NCBI GenBank assembly: GCA_001595915.1
Contig: LSSG01000032.1
Coordinates: 23,142-87,141 of the forward strand
Reading direction: 5' to 3'
Length of the DNA stretch: 64,000 nt
Source: Thermoplasmatales archaeon SG8-52-3
Lineage (GTDB): Archaea; Thermoplasmatota; E2; DHVEG-1
Below are positions 28,840 through 38,098 of this stretch, one piece after another; position 1 is the first letter of the stretch; each line of letters begins with the position of its first letter. Under the pieces are notes generated by a model. That model had not been told where the DNA came from and made no database searches. It worked only from the letters and a program-made list of their open reading frames with translations. The position numbers and the translations under genes were made by a program.

Positions 28840-30630
28840 TTAAAAATAGAGATAAAAAATTTTTTTAAGAATTTGAAATCTATCAAGTAAGTTTAAGAAA
28901 GGATTGAAATTTGTTGCTCTATTTCTAAGTGTTTTTAGATAAACTGGTATTATCTCCCAATCTGTAGAATTATCAATATTTTTAATTCTTATAGAACCAA
29001 TAAATTCTTCATTTTTTTTATTAGGTGAAACAACACTTACTTCTACGGTTACTACCCCATCCTCAGGAGTTAGATTTATACCTGATGAAGGATTAATTGA
29101 CCATGTCCCCCAATTAGGTAAAAATTCAATTTCCCAATTAAGTAATGAATCAGAATCACCAATATTCTGGACCTGGAAATAACCATTTGCTATCTCCCCT
29201 GCCTTAATCTCAGTCCATTTTAACAAACCCTCGCAATCAAGATTTGCCCCTATTTCTGGATTACCTGGCGGATAATGCTGTATTGTGAAAACATCATTAG
29301 TAACAAGATTTGGAAATGGATTTTCGTATTGCCAAATTGTTTCTTTATTTGGTGTTACTTCAAAAAAAGTACCTGAAGGACCATTACAAATTAAGGTATT
29401 TCCATTGTATAATCTTTGAGCACCAGATATATGACTTGCAAAAAAGTCAGGGGGATTTTCAGCAGTATATATCCAAACTTGTTCTTCTGGACCATAAGGC
29501 AAACCAGGTTCCAGATAATAAAAACCATTGATATCTACTGGTGGCTCTATTTCATCTACAGAAGAATATTTTGGTTCAGGACGAGTATTACCATTACTAA
29601 AAACAAGAATATTTCCTTGACCTGGATAATTTTTTTCTATCCATCGTGCATCATGTTGATCAAATAGCTTTTGATCTGATTTATTACCTGCATAATATAC
29701 TCTTGGATTGCCCCATCGATATAAAAGATCGCCACCTTTTCCATATCTACCTCCGGTGTGTCCAGTTGATTCCTCAATAGTAGTACTATGGTCAATCACC
29801 CAAATCTCACTAAAACCTCTAACACTCAAAAGTATCTGGTCAAATTCTTTGTTATAATCTATAGAATTTATATGATTCCAGTCACCTGGAACTGGAATTT
29901 GCGGATAATTTATATTAATTAATTCAGGATGATTTGATACATTACCAAAGTTATCCTTTGATGGATCAAAATCCTGAATTAAATGATCCCACACATGCCA
30001 TTCCCATACAATATTACCACCAAAAGGTTCTGTTGGTTCAACTTCAATTATAAAGTCTGGCCAAAGATAATTAAACATTAAATAATTTGGATTTCTTCCT
30101 GCTTCAATAGCCTCATCCCGAGTTTTATACTCCCATGCAGTCATAAGAATATTTCCATTGGGCAATATTTCAATATCATGATGCAAGCAATAAACTTCAT
30201 TAGAATATTCAAATTCCCATAGCAGTGATCCATTCCAGCTGAATTTCTCAACACGTCCAGTAATTCCACCACCCCAAAATGTTGGACTTGTAAAAGGAAG
30301 ATCAGAGCGTAAAATATCTCCATTATCTAATAAATAAACAGACATTCCTTGAATATAATCACTTTTCCACATTTGAAGGATTTCTTCATTGTTATTAATT
30401 AAATATGACATTTTTGAATATTCTGGAGTATACAGAATATATCCGTCAAAACTATCATTATTTAAATTTTCATAAACCATTTTCGCAGAAATATTAGTTG
30501 ATGAATTTGAAAAACTTGATAAGAAGAAAATAAATATTATTCCGATAGTTAAAAATTTCAATATTTTATTCATTAATACAAATTTATCTCCCTTTTTTAT
30601 ATTTATCAATAGTAATATAATTATTAACAA
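28840..30630 (-). CDS. Secreted aryl-sulfate sulfotransferase (ASST)-family protein with C-terminal Ig-like domain
   Basis: HHD, DWNHINSIDY, RWGNP, QHDA and SGAQRL motifs. True start is probably near 30573. Confidence 0.8.
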   Translation of the reverse strand: MLIIILLLINIKKGDKFVLMNKILKFLTIGIIFIFFLSSFSNSSTNISAKMVYENLNNDSFDGYILYTPEYSKMSYLINNNEEILQMWKSDYIQGMSVYLLDNGDILRSDLPFTSPTFWGGGITGRVEKFSWNGSLLWEFEYSNEVYCLHHDIEILPNGNILMTAWEYKTRDEAIEAGRNPNYLMFNYLWPDFIIEVEPTEPFGGNIVWEWHVWDHLIQDFDPSKDNFGNVSNHPELININYPQIPVPGDWNHINSIDYNKEFDQILLSVRGFSEIWVIDHSTTIEESTGHTGGRYGKGGDLLYRWGNPRVYYAGNKSDQKLFDQHDARWIEKNYPGQGNILVFSNGNTRPEPKYSSVDEIEPPVDINGFYYLEPGLPYGPEEQVWIYTAENPPDFFASHISGAQRLYNGNTLICNGPSGTFFEVTPNKETIWQYENPFPNLVTNDVFTIQHYPPGNPEIGANLDCEGLLKWTEIKAGEIANGYFQVQNIGDSDSLLNWEIEFLPNWGTWSINPSSGINLTPEDGVVTVEVSVVSPNKKNEEFIGSIRIKNIDNSTDWEIIPVYLKTLRNRATNFNPFLNLLDRFQILKKIFYLYF

Positions 30631-30672
30631 TCTATTAATTAAAATAATTTTCTACTAATAATTGATATAATC

Positions 30673-31071
30673 TTAATTTAACTTATTAATCAATATCATA
30701 ATTTCGCTAACATGTTTTTTAATAATTTTTGGTCTTCTATAAATTGATGCAAAACTTTGAAGATTTTTAAGTACTAATAGTAAATTTTCTTTTGTTGGAT
30801 TGTTAAAATCTGCCTTAATCTTGACAAATATATCCTGTACTAATTCCTTTACATGTGATTTTTTCATTTTTTCAAATTTTTTCTCGGGCGGACGACCAAA
30901 AGTTTCTCTTGCTAGTTCAAGGACATTACAATGTGCCTCATAAAAGCATTGAATCATTGCATCTCTAACCAAGATTGGTGTAAAATTTTTTGTAATATCT
31001 ACACCATAAATTATATTTTTATTTTTAGCAGTTCTTTTACCTTCTCTCACAATAACCCCAATATTATACAA
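30673..31071 (-). CDS. Hypothetical helical protein
   Basis: 132-aa ORF with CFYEAH and DFNNPTKE segments; no function assigned. Confidence 0.6.
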   Translation of the reverse strand: MYNIGVIVREGKRTAKNKNIIYGVDITKNFTPILVRDAMIQCFYEAHCNVLELARETFGRPPEKKFEKMKKSHVKELVQDIFVKIKADFNNPTKENLLLVLKNLQSFASIYRRPKIIKKHVSEIMILINKLN

Positions 31072-31171
31072 TTTAAATGGCTATATAAAAGTTTCATATT
31101 ACTTTTGTTTATTTAACATCAGAAATATCTAAGATTAAATATAAGTACAATAGATAGTATATATAGTTTCA

Positions 31172-31504
31172 ATGAAGCGTACTCCCTGTGAATACTTATT
31201 GTGGAATTTACTCCCTGCTATTAGAAGTGAAATTGCTAGAAGTATGGTTAATGATTTTGGATTAAATCAAAAAGAAGCAGCAGAGAAATTAGAAATCCAA
31301 CCTGCAGCAGTGTGTATGTATCTTTCTGACAAACGTGGAAAATCAAACATCAATGATAAATCTTTCTTAAAAGAAATTAAGATTTCTGCTGAAAAAATTA
31401 TTAAAAATCAAAATACAGATATTGTTAATGAAACTTGCAGACTCTGTAAAATTATTAGAGCTAAAGGTTTGTTTCCAAACTACCAAATTAAAATTAATGA
31501 TTAA
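31172..31504 (+). CDS. Archaeal HTH transcriptional regulator (COG2522-like)
   Basis: TPCE...LPAIR...QKEAAEKL...YLSDKRG and C-terminal CRLC. Confidence 0.85.
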   Translation: MKRTPCEYLLWNLLPAIRSEIARSMVNDFGLNQKEAAEKLEIQPAAVCMYLSDKRGKSNINDKSFLKEIKISAEKIIKNQNTDIVNETCRLCKIIRAKGLFPNYQIKIND

Positions 31505-31542
31505 AGATTTGGACAACACTTTTTAAAATTAAATTATCAATA

Positions 31543-31764
31543 TTATTTTTTCAGTAAAACAAATACAGCAATAAAATGAGCAATAATTCCTATACCCCAA
31601 CCTATCGTTGTTGTAATAGGCCAAGCAAAACCTTCTCCGTCTGTAATATACCACCATTGTGCATATATTCCAATATTTACTAATATGTAAATTATAAAAT
31701 GAATATAAAAACCTCTTTTTTCTTTAACAATTGTTTTTTCTCCTATCTTTTCTTCATTTAGCAT
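31543..31764 (-). CDS. 2TM-domain membrane protein
   Basis: GFYIH...Y..VN...WP...GWGIG...H pattern. Confidence 0.8.
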   Translation of the reverse strand: MLNEEKIGEKTIVKEKRGFYIHFIIYILVNIGIYAQWWYITDGEGFAWPITTTIGWGIGIIAHFIAVFVLLKK

Positions 31765-31861
31765 AATTTATTAATTTTTTATTGCTATTTGAGTGTTACT
31801 ATATTTTTAATAAAAATAACATCTGAAAAATAGTTTTTTAAAAAATTATTTTTATAACTAA

Positions 31862-32134
31862 GTTACAAACTGTTTAAATACTATTAAACATAATTATACA
31901 AAGGTTCTAGTTGATGTAAAAGATTTTACAGATAAAATTAGTTTTTCTGAAATATTTAATTTGGTATCAAGGAATTTACCAAACATTATTAATTATAAAA
32001 TAAACAAGATAGCAATAGTTGATATTAAAGGTCATAGTTTTAATAAAGATTTTTTTGAAAATATTGTATTAAATAGAGGTCATAATGTAAAAATTTTTAC
32101 AGATATAAATAATGCAATTCAGTGGCTTTCTTAA
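31862..32134 (+). pseudogene. 5'-truncated STAS/SpoIIAA-like gene remnant
   Basis: Open frame reads KVLVDV...KIAIVD...FFENIVLNRGHNVKIFTDINNAIQWLS. There is an in-frame TAA at 31859 and no ATG/GTG before the domain. Confidence 0.6.
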
Positions 32135-32202
32135 ATTTTTTTGTTTTAAATTATTTTTAACAAAATCTATATAATATCTTAATATATTCTCCCATTTAAG
32201 AG

Positions 32203-32628
32203 GTGGTTTCCACGAAAGATATTGTAGAGGAGTTTGGCATTAATGCAGGGAAGGTATGGAATGAGTTAAAAACTCATGGACCTCTAAATGAAAAAGAATT
32301 ATTAAAAAATACAAAACTTGCAAAGAATAATCTATATGCAGCGATAGGTTGGCTTGCCAGAGAAAATAAAATTCAATTAGAAAATAATTTGTATGTTCTT
32401 GGTGACACAAATTTAACAGAAGATATTGGTAAAAGTGCTGGTAAAATATGGCAAACAATTGAAAAACATAAAGAAATTGACGTATCATCTATTCCTAAGC
32501 TTGCAAAATTAAAAGAAATGAAAGTATATAATGCACTAGGTTGGCTTGCAAGAGAAGATAAAATTCAAGTTAAAAAGGGACTTTTAAATACAATGTACTA
32601 TAAAGTTCAATTAAAAAACTACCCTTAA
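32203..32628 (+). CDS. Tandem winged-helix protein (two DUF2582-like domains)
   Basis: Repeats GINAGKVW...AIGWLARENKI and GKSAGKIW...ALGWLAREDKI. Confidence 0.8.
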   Translation: MVSTKDIVEEFGINAGKVWNELKTHGPLNEKELLKNTKLAKNNLYAAIGWLARENKIQLENNLYVLGDTNLTEDIGKSAGKIWQTIEKHKEIDVSSIPKLAKLKEMKVYNALGWLAREDKIQVKKGLLNTMYYKVQLKNYP

Positions 32629-32735
32629 ACGATAGGATAGATATCAATTATAAAGAATTATTTATAATGTTTATTTTTACATTTTGACATTTTGTCTCAT
32701 ATATTATTTATAGTATGTTTTAGAAAGTATATCAT

Positions 32736-32956
32736 ATGAATAGCTATCATGAGTCGAATCTTGATAGAATTAAAAATACAAAAAAATACGATCCTGAATG
32801 GATTAAGGTGGTAGCTAACGCTCTTTTGGATATTAATATAAATAATTTGTCTGATAGACAGAAAAAGATCAATATTTAGACTATATTAGAGATGGATTAA
32901 AACCAAAAGATGCAATTGATAAAGCTTTACAAATTGTTTTATGTTTTAATAAATAG
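32736..32956 (+). pseudogene. Small gene apparently split by a frameshift
   Basis: Frame 0 reads MNSYHES...LSDRQKKINI*; the -1 frame continues DQYLDYIRDGLKPKDAIDKALQIVLCFNK*. Confidence 0.4.
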
Positions 32957-33086
32957 TATTTTTAAATTTGAAAAAATCCTTAATTTTTTGGATTTTTTTT
33001 TTTGAATTATAGAATATTGACGAATTTTTTTTAGATATTTATTTAAATCTTTCTGATTATAATATATTTATGGGAGTGATATTTGA

Positions 33087-35171
33087 ATGAAAATCTTAAA
33101 AGTTAGAAATGGAATTGTAATAATTATAGTTATTTTGTTTATAGCATCTAGTGTATTTTCAATCGGTAGTGCAAATTTAATAAAAAATGATATAATTTAT
33201 AATAAAAATATTGATTTTCTCTCTTTTCAAGTAAATCCAATATTTACAAAAGAAACCTATATGGTTGAAATGAGGGATGGTATTCATCTTGCAACAGATG
33301 TATATCTACCAGATAATATCTCTTCGCCTCATGGTGCAATTCTAGTACGTACACCTTATAATAAGAACGGTTCTGGTATGGGGGGATGGGCTAACAAAGG
33401 TTGGCCATCTATTGTTCAGGATACAAGAGGACGTTTTCAATCAGAGGGAATTGATACAATATTTAGAGATGCTCATACCGATGGACCTGATACCTTAGAA
33501 TGGATTTCTAGTCAGAATTGGTCAAATGGAAAAGTAGCCACAATAGGGGGGTCAGCTACAGGTATAGTTCAGTATTTAATGGCAGGTGCTGGTCCTGATC
33601 AACTTAAATGCCAATATATAGGAGCGGCGACTCCAAATTTATATACTACAGTTTATCCTGGTGGACAGTTTAGAAAAAATATGTTAGAAGCATGGCTTCA
33701 GAACCAAGGAAGTACATATGTTTTACCAGAATTATGGGCTCATGAGAATTATTCTTTAGAGTATTGGACAAATGTATCTTTAGAGGATAACTGGCAGGAT
33801 GTAAATGTTCCAGCAGTGCATCTCGGTGGATGGTATGATTGTTTTTGTCAGGGACTTATTGATGGTTTTATGGGATATCAATATGATGGTGGAACTGGTG
33901 CTGCTGGGAAGTCAAAGCTAATTGTTGGTCCATGGACGCATGCATTTTTTGGAGAGAGATTGCAGGGTGAACTTTTATATCCAGAAAATGCAAAAGACAC
34001 CTTTTCAGCTGAATATTGGGATGAAATACTTGAACAATACATATTAGGTGAATCTAATGACTTTGAAAATAGACCAAATGTTGTATATTATGTAATGGGA
34101 GATGTGACAAATAGCGAAGCACTTGGAAACTTCTGGAGATATACCGATAATTGGCCTCCAGAATATATTGAAGATGAATGGTATTTTCATGAAAATAAGA
34201 TTTTATCATTGGATAGTCCAGGAAGCTACAGTCCTTTAACTTATAGTTATAACCCAACAAACCCTGTCCCAACAAAAGGTGGAACAAATCTATATCCTCT
34301 TGCTCCAACCTGGGCAGGTCCTTATGATCAAAGATCAGTTGAAAATAGAGCCGATGTATTATTATTTACTAGTGATGTTTTAACAGAACCTTATGAAGCT
34401 ACTGGTCCAATAAAAGCAAGACTATATGTTTCATCAGATTGTCCAGATACTGATTTTACAGTAAAGCTCACAGATGTTTATCCAGATGGAAGATCAATGC
34501 TTATAACAGACGGAATACTACGAATGAGAAACCGCAATGGATGTGATCATTGGGAGTTTATGGAACCTGGTCAAGTATATGAAGTGGAAGTTGATTTGTG
34601 GAGTACCTCCTATGTTTGGAACACTGGTCATAAGATAAGAGTAGCAGTATCATCATCAAATTATCCAAGATTCTTAGCAAATCCTAATACCAAAGATGCA
34701 ATGAACCAAAATACAGAATCAAATATTGCAGAAAACACATTGTATCTTGATTCCTCTCATCCTTCTTGTATAATTCTCCCTCGTTATAATGACAATTATG
34801 CCCCTATTAAACCAACAATTTCTGGACCTACGAGAGGTGTACCTGGAATAAATTATTCATTTATTTTCAAAACAATAGATCCAGAAGGTGAAGATGTATA
34901 CTTGTATATCGATTGGGGAGATGGCACAAATACAAATTGGTTAGGACCATATAGTTCAGGTGAAGAAGTAACTCTTGAACATACTTGGAGTTCAACAAAA
35001 ATCTATACAATTAAAGCAAAGGCAAAAGATATAAATCAAGATGAATGTGAATTTAGCAGTCATAATATAAATATCCCAAGAACGAGATTGTTTAATAAAT
35101 TGGTTCTCACAAGGTTATTTGAGCAATTTCCAAATATCTTTACTATAATTAGATATCTATTGGGATTATAA
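33087..35171 (+). CDS. Secreted CocE/NonD (peptidase S15) hydrolase with PKD-like domain
   Basis: MRDGIHLATD, RTPY, QDTRGRF, GGSATG, GGWYD, GPWTH and SSSNYPRF; C-terminal IDWGDG. Confidence 0.9.
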   Translation: MKILKVRNGIVIIIVILFIASSVFSIGSANLIKNDIIYNKNIDFLSFQVNPIFTKETYMVEMRDGIHLATDVYLPDNISSPHGAILVRTPYNKNGSGMGGWANKGWPSIVQDTRGRFQSEGIDTIFRDAHTDGPDTLEWISSQNWSNGKVATIGGSATGIVQYLMAGAGPDQLKCQYIGAATPNLYTTVYPGGQFRKNMLEAWLQNQGSTYVLPELWAHENYSLEYWTNVSLEDNWQDVNVPAVHLGGWYDCFCQGLIDGFMGYQYDGGTGAAGKSKLIVGPWTHAFFGERLQGELLYPENAKDTFSAEYWDEILEQYILGESNDFENRPNVVYYVMGDVTNSEALGNFWRYTDNWPPEYIEDEWYFHENKILSLDSPGSYSPLTYSYNPTNPVPTKGGTNLYPLAPTWAGPYDQRSVENRADVLLFTSDVLTEPYEATGPIKARLYVSSDCPDTDFTVKLTDVYPDGRSMLITDGILRMRNRNGCDHWEFMEPGQVYEVEVDLWSTSYVWNTGHKIRVAVSSSNYPRFLANPNTKDAMNQNTESNIAENTLYLDSSHPSCIILPRYNDNYAPIKPTISGPTRGVPGINYSFIFKTIDPEGEDVYLYIDWGDGTNTNWLGPYSSGEEVTLEHTWSSTKIYTIKAKAKDINQDECEFSSHNINIPRTRLFNKLVLTRLFEQFPNIFTIIRYLLGL

Positions 35172-35227
35172 TTTTTTTTTAAAAAAATATTACTCATTTC
35201 GATTATAGTATTTTACTTGGAAAGAGG

Positions 35228-35294
35228 GGTCTAGGGGGAGGTAAAATCGGAGCCATTCATGAAGCGAAGATATCATAACTTACCTTGCTAGACC
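35228..35294. other. GC-enriched intergenic stem-loop, candidate ncRNA or cis-element
   Basis: GGTCTAG (35228-34) pairs with CTAGACC (35288-94); AGGTAA (35239-44) pairs with TTACCT (35280-85). Confidence 0.5.
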
Positions 35295-35413
35295 AAATTA
35301 ACTATCATCTTATTATTTAATAAAGATAACGAAAATTATCACGTCATTTGTCGTAAAATAATGTAAAAATAGAATGAGCAAAGTATAATTATAATAATTT
35401 TAAATTGTAAAAA

Positions 35414-36103
35414 ATGATATATTTATTGGCGTTTGATATGTTACCATATATAATATTACACAATTCAATAAGTTTAGATGGCTCTTTGATAAATTTTAAT
35501 GTGAATATGGATATTCACTACCAAATTGCAAGTAGTTATAAACCAGATGCCCATTTAATAGGTTCAAAAACTATAAAAACTGGTATAGAACAATATGGTA
35601 GTGCACCACAAGAAGAGAGTAAGGATTTTATAAAACCAGAAAGGGATTCTAATCTTCCATATTGGATTATAATAGATACAAAAGGAACTCTCAAAGGATT
35701 ACTCCATGAAGTTAGAAGATTTGAATTTTGTAAAGATGTTGTTATCTTTATTTCACAAGATACTCCTAAAGATTATATTAATTATTTAGAAAAAAGAAAT
35801 TATGATTTTCATATTGTTGGAAAAAAGAACATAGATCTGGATACGTCCTTTAAAATACTTAGTGATAAATACAATGTGAAAAAAATTTTAACAGATACAG
35901 GAAAAATATTAGGTAATCTTTTAATAAATAATGGCTTTGTAAAAGAGATAAGTTTACTTGTTCATCCAGTAATTGTTGGTAAAAAATCATACAACATTTT
36001 TGAAAGCATCAATAAAAATATTGGTTTAAAGTTATTTAGATATGATATAATAGATAAGGATTTTATATGGCTTACATATAAGGTTGATAACACTAAAAAT
36101 TGA
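35414..36103 (+). CDS. RibD C-terminal / DHFR-like reductase family protein
   Basis: HNSISLDG, LIGSKT and EISLLVHPVIVG motifs. Confidence 0.8.
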   Translation: MIYLLAFDMLPYIILHNSISLDGSLINFNVNMDIHYQIASSYKPDAHLIGSKTIKTGIEQYGSAPQEESKDFIKPERDSNLPYWIIIDTKGTLKGLLHEVRRFEFCKDVVIFISQDTPKDYINYLEKRNYDFHIVGKKNIDLDTSFKILSDKYNVKKILTDTGKILGNLLINNGFVKEISLLVHPVIVGKKSYNIFESINKNIGLKLFRYDIIDKDFIWLTYKVDNTKN

Positions 36104-36104
36104 T

Positions 36105-37082
36105 TTAAAATAATTCAGGTAACCATCGTTCTTTGTGAATCTCTCTTGCCATCCAAAAATTTGTTTTTCTTATAGCACCAGGAAATCTCTTGTCTATTTC
36201 ATCAATGATTTTTGTAAGTGAATTAAAATCCTTTACTAATAATTCAAAATTTAGATCACACCAGCCTATGGTCATATCCATTATATATCCTACATATGGA
36301 TTACCTTTCAAATAATCTTCTATCTTACTTCCTTTTGTGTGGTCTTTTAGATATATATCAATCATACAATTTTGAAGATTAAGCATCGATAAGTCAATAT
36401 CAACCCGAAATGCAAGAATTACATCTTTTTTTATCAAGCTTTTAATTCTATAATTAATAGTCTGTGAGGAACTATTCAGTTTTTCAGCAAGTTTTAATAG
36501 TGAAATCCTAGCATTATCTGCAATTTCATTTAGAAGCTGATAATCAAGCTTATCAATTTTTGCTGGTTCACCAACACAACTTATAGTATAAAACTCTCTA
36601 TCTGTTCTATCATAACCATCTTTTAGAAGATAAGATCTTTTAAGACAATTTACCTGGGTTAATATTGAAACTGAATATTTTTCAAAATAATTTCCATAAG
36701 TATCAAGAGTTTTATTCCAAAACTGATTAAATTTATAAACATCATCAACCCATAAAACTGCACTTAAATCAATAGGACCTTTTGCTGATTGTAATGTCCA
36801 AATATTCTTATAATTTTTAAAATAATTAATGATTTCTTCTTTGGTTTCGGGACTAACGTCTAAAAAATTAATATAGATTCTAAATGCATAATACCCGAGT
36901 TTCAATGAATTTATAGAAGTCCAAAAACATTTGATAACGCCAAGGTCCTGCATTCTTTTTATTCTATAGTTTACAACTTCTTTTGATAGACCTACCTTTC
37001 TTCCAATTTGATTATTTGATTGTCTACAATTAAGATCTAGCTGATATAAGATTTTTCTATCTTTTAGGTCAATTTTTAACAT
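36105..37082 (-). CDS. Tandem (double) Lrp/AsnC transcriptional regulator
   Basis: Two HTH+RAM units: DLKDRKIL...VNYRIKRM and DKLDYQLL...INYRIKSL. Confidence 0.88.
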   Translation of the reverse strand: MLKIDLKDRKILYQLDLNCRQSNNQIGRKVGLSKEVVNYRIKRMQDLGVIKCFWTSINSLKLGYYAFRIYINFLDVSPETKEEIINYFKNYKNIWTLQSAKGPIDLSAVLWVDDVYKFNQFWNKTLDTYGNYFEKYSVSILTQVNCLKRSYLLKDGYDRTDREFYTISCVGEPAKIDKLDYQLLNEIADNARISLLKLAEKLNSSSQTINYRIKSLIKKDVILAFRVDIDLSMLNLQNCMIDIYLKDHTKGSKIEDYLKGNPYVGYIMDMTIGWCDLNFELLVKDFNSLTKIIDEIDKRFPGAIRKTNFWMAREIHKERWLPELF

Positions 37083-37217
37083 TTTACTTCCTTTGTTTAC
37101 TCAAAAGTAAATAATTTCATACTATTTTAGAATTTTGATAAAAAATACAGATATTGGATTTTATATTTGATATAGTCTATATAAACTCAAAAATTAGATA
37201 AAATTGGAGGAAAAAAA

Positions 37218-37487
37218 ATGTCACAATGTGAAGAATGTGGAAAGAAGCTAGGAATTTTTGAAGGATATAGACACCCAACCATGGGAAAGAAACATTTAGT
37301 ATGTAGCCCATGTTTTGAACATGTAGAAGAAAGTGTTGCAAAATGGAGAGAATTTGTAGTAAATAATTCATTTAATGTAAATACATCTGAAATACCTAAC
37401 CAAGTCAGCTGGAAAGAGAAAATGCCAGATTTCTCATCAATGAATATACCCCAACGCGTTCTTGCAGAGATCTTAGTCTATCTATAG
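37218..37487 (+). CDS. Small zinc-finger protein
   Basis: CEEC...CSPC; strong GGAGG SD upstream. Confidence 0.75.
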   Translation: MSQCEECGKKLGIFEGYRHPTMGKKHLVCSPCFEHVEESVAKWREFVVNNSFNVNTSEIPNQVSWKEKMPDFSSMNIPQRVLAEILVYL

Positions 37488-37506
37488 ATGTAATTCTATA
37501 GATAGA
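37477..37506. repeat. Perfect 12-bp inverted repeat covering a stop codon
   Basis: TCTATCTATAGA-tgtaat-TCTATAGATAGA. Confidence 0.8.
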
Positions 37507-37564
37507 TCTTCAAAGCCAGTACTATAAGAGATATAGAATATTGAATCTCAAAGGAGGCTTTATA

Positions 37565-37780
37565 ATGATAGAAATAATGGAAAACGCAACAATTGTTTAT
37601 ACAGATGGGGTAAAGGAAAGATTTGAAGCAGTTTATTTAACAGATAAACGAGTGATAACAGGGAGAATCTATAGAACTAATGGAACTGAAGAGTTCAAAG
37701 AATATGGATTCATCTCAAGAAATAATGTAAAACATATTTATAATGGCTCAAAAAGAAAAGTAAAAAATTTAAGATCTTAA
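37565..37780 (+). CDS. Small beta-rich hypothetical protein
   Basis: GGAGG SD before ATG near 37565; the ORF track starts at 37541. Confidence 0.7.
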   Translation: MIEIMENATIVYTDGVKERFEAVYLTDKRVITGRIYRTNGTEEFKEYGFISRNNVKHIYNGSKRKVKNLRS

Positions 37781-37853
37781 AACCTAATAGTTGACCATAC
37801 TTTATTTCCTTGAAAATAAGTATGATTTTTGATTTTAGGTCAACTTTTAGGTT
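37781..37853. repeat. Long 3'-UTR hairpin
   Basis: AACCTAATAGTTGACC pairs with GGTCAACTTTTAGGTT (15/16), enclosing an inner CATACTT/AAGTATG stem. Confidence 0.7.
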
Positions 37854-38098
37854 ATATCAATAAATAAGTTTGAATCATTGTGGTGAGGATTCACAAAAAA
37901 ATCATAAAAATGGTTAAATCTTAAAACAAAAAATAATTATTTTCACCATTTTAATTTTATTTAATCTTTTTATAAAAATAATTTTTGTAGTTAAATTTTT
38001 TTATCATTCTAAAAAAATGATTTTTTTTGCAAATTTTGGCAAATATTAATGTTTAAATACATTAAACTCTTTGTATTAAATTTGGTAGGTATTATATT

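Noticed and set aside
35221..35413. FMN riboswitch upstream of the RibD-like gene
   Set aside because: RFN consensus segments are not visible; kept only as an unclassified hairpin.
37218..37780. Stop-codon readthrough joining the two small ORFs
   Set aside because: The ORFs are in different frames and the second has its own SD.
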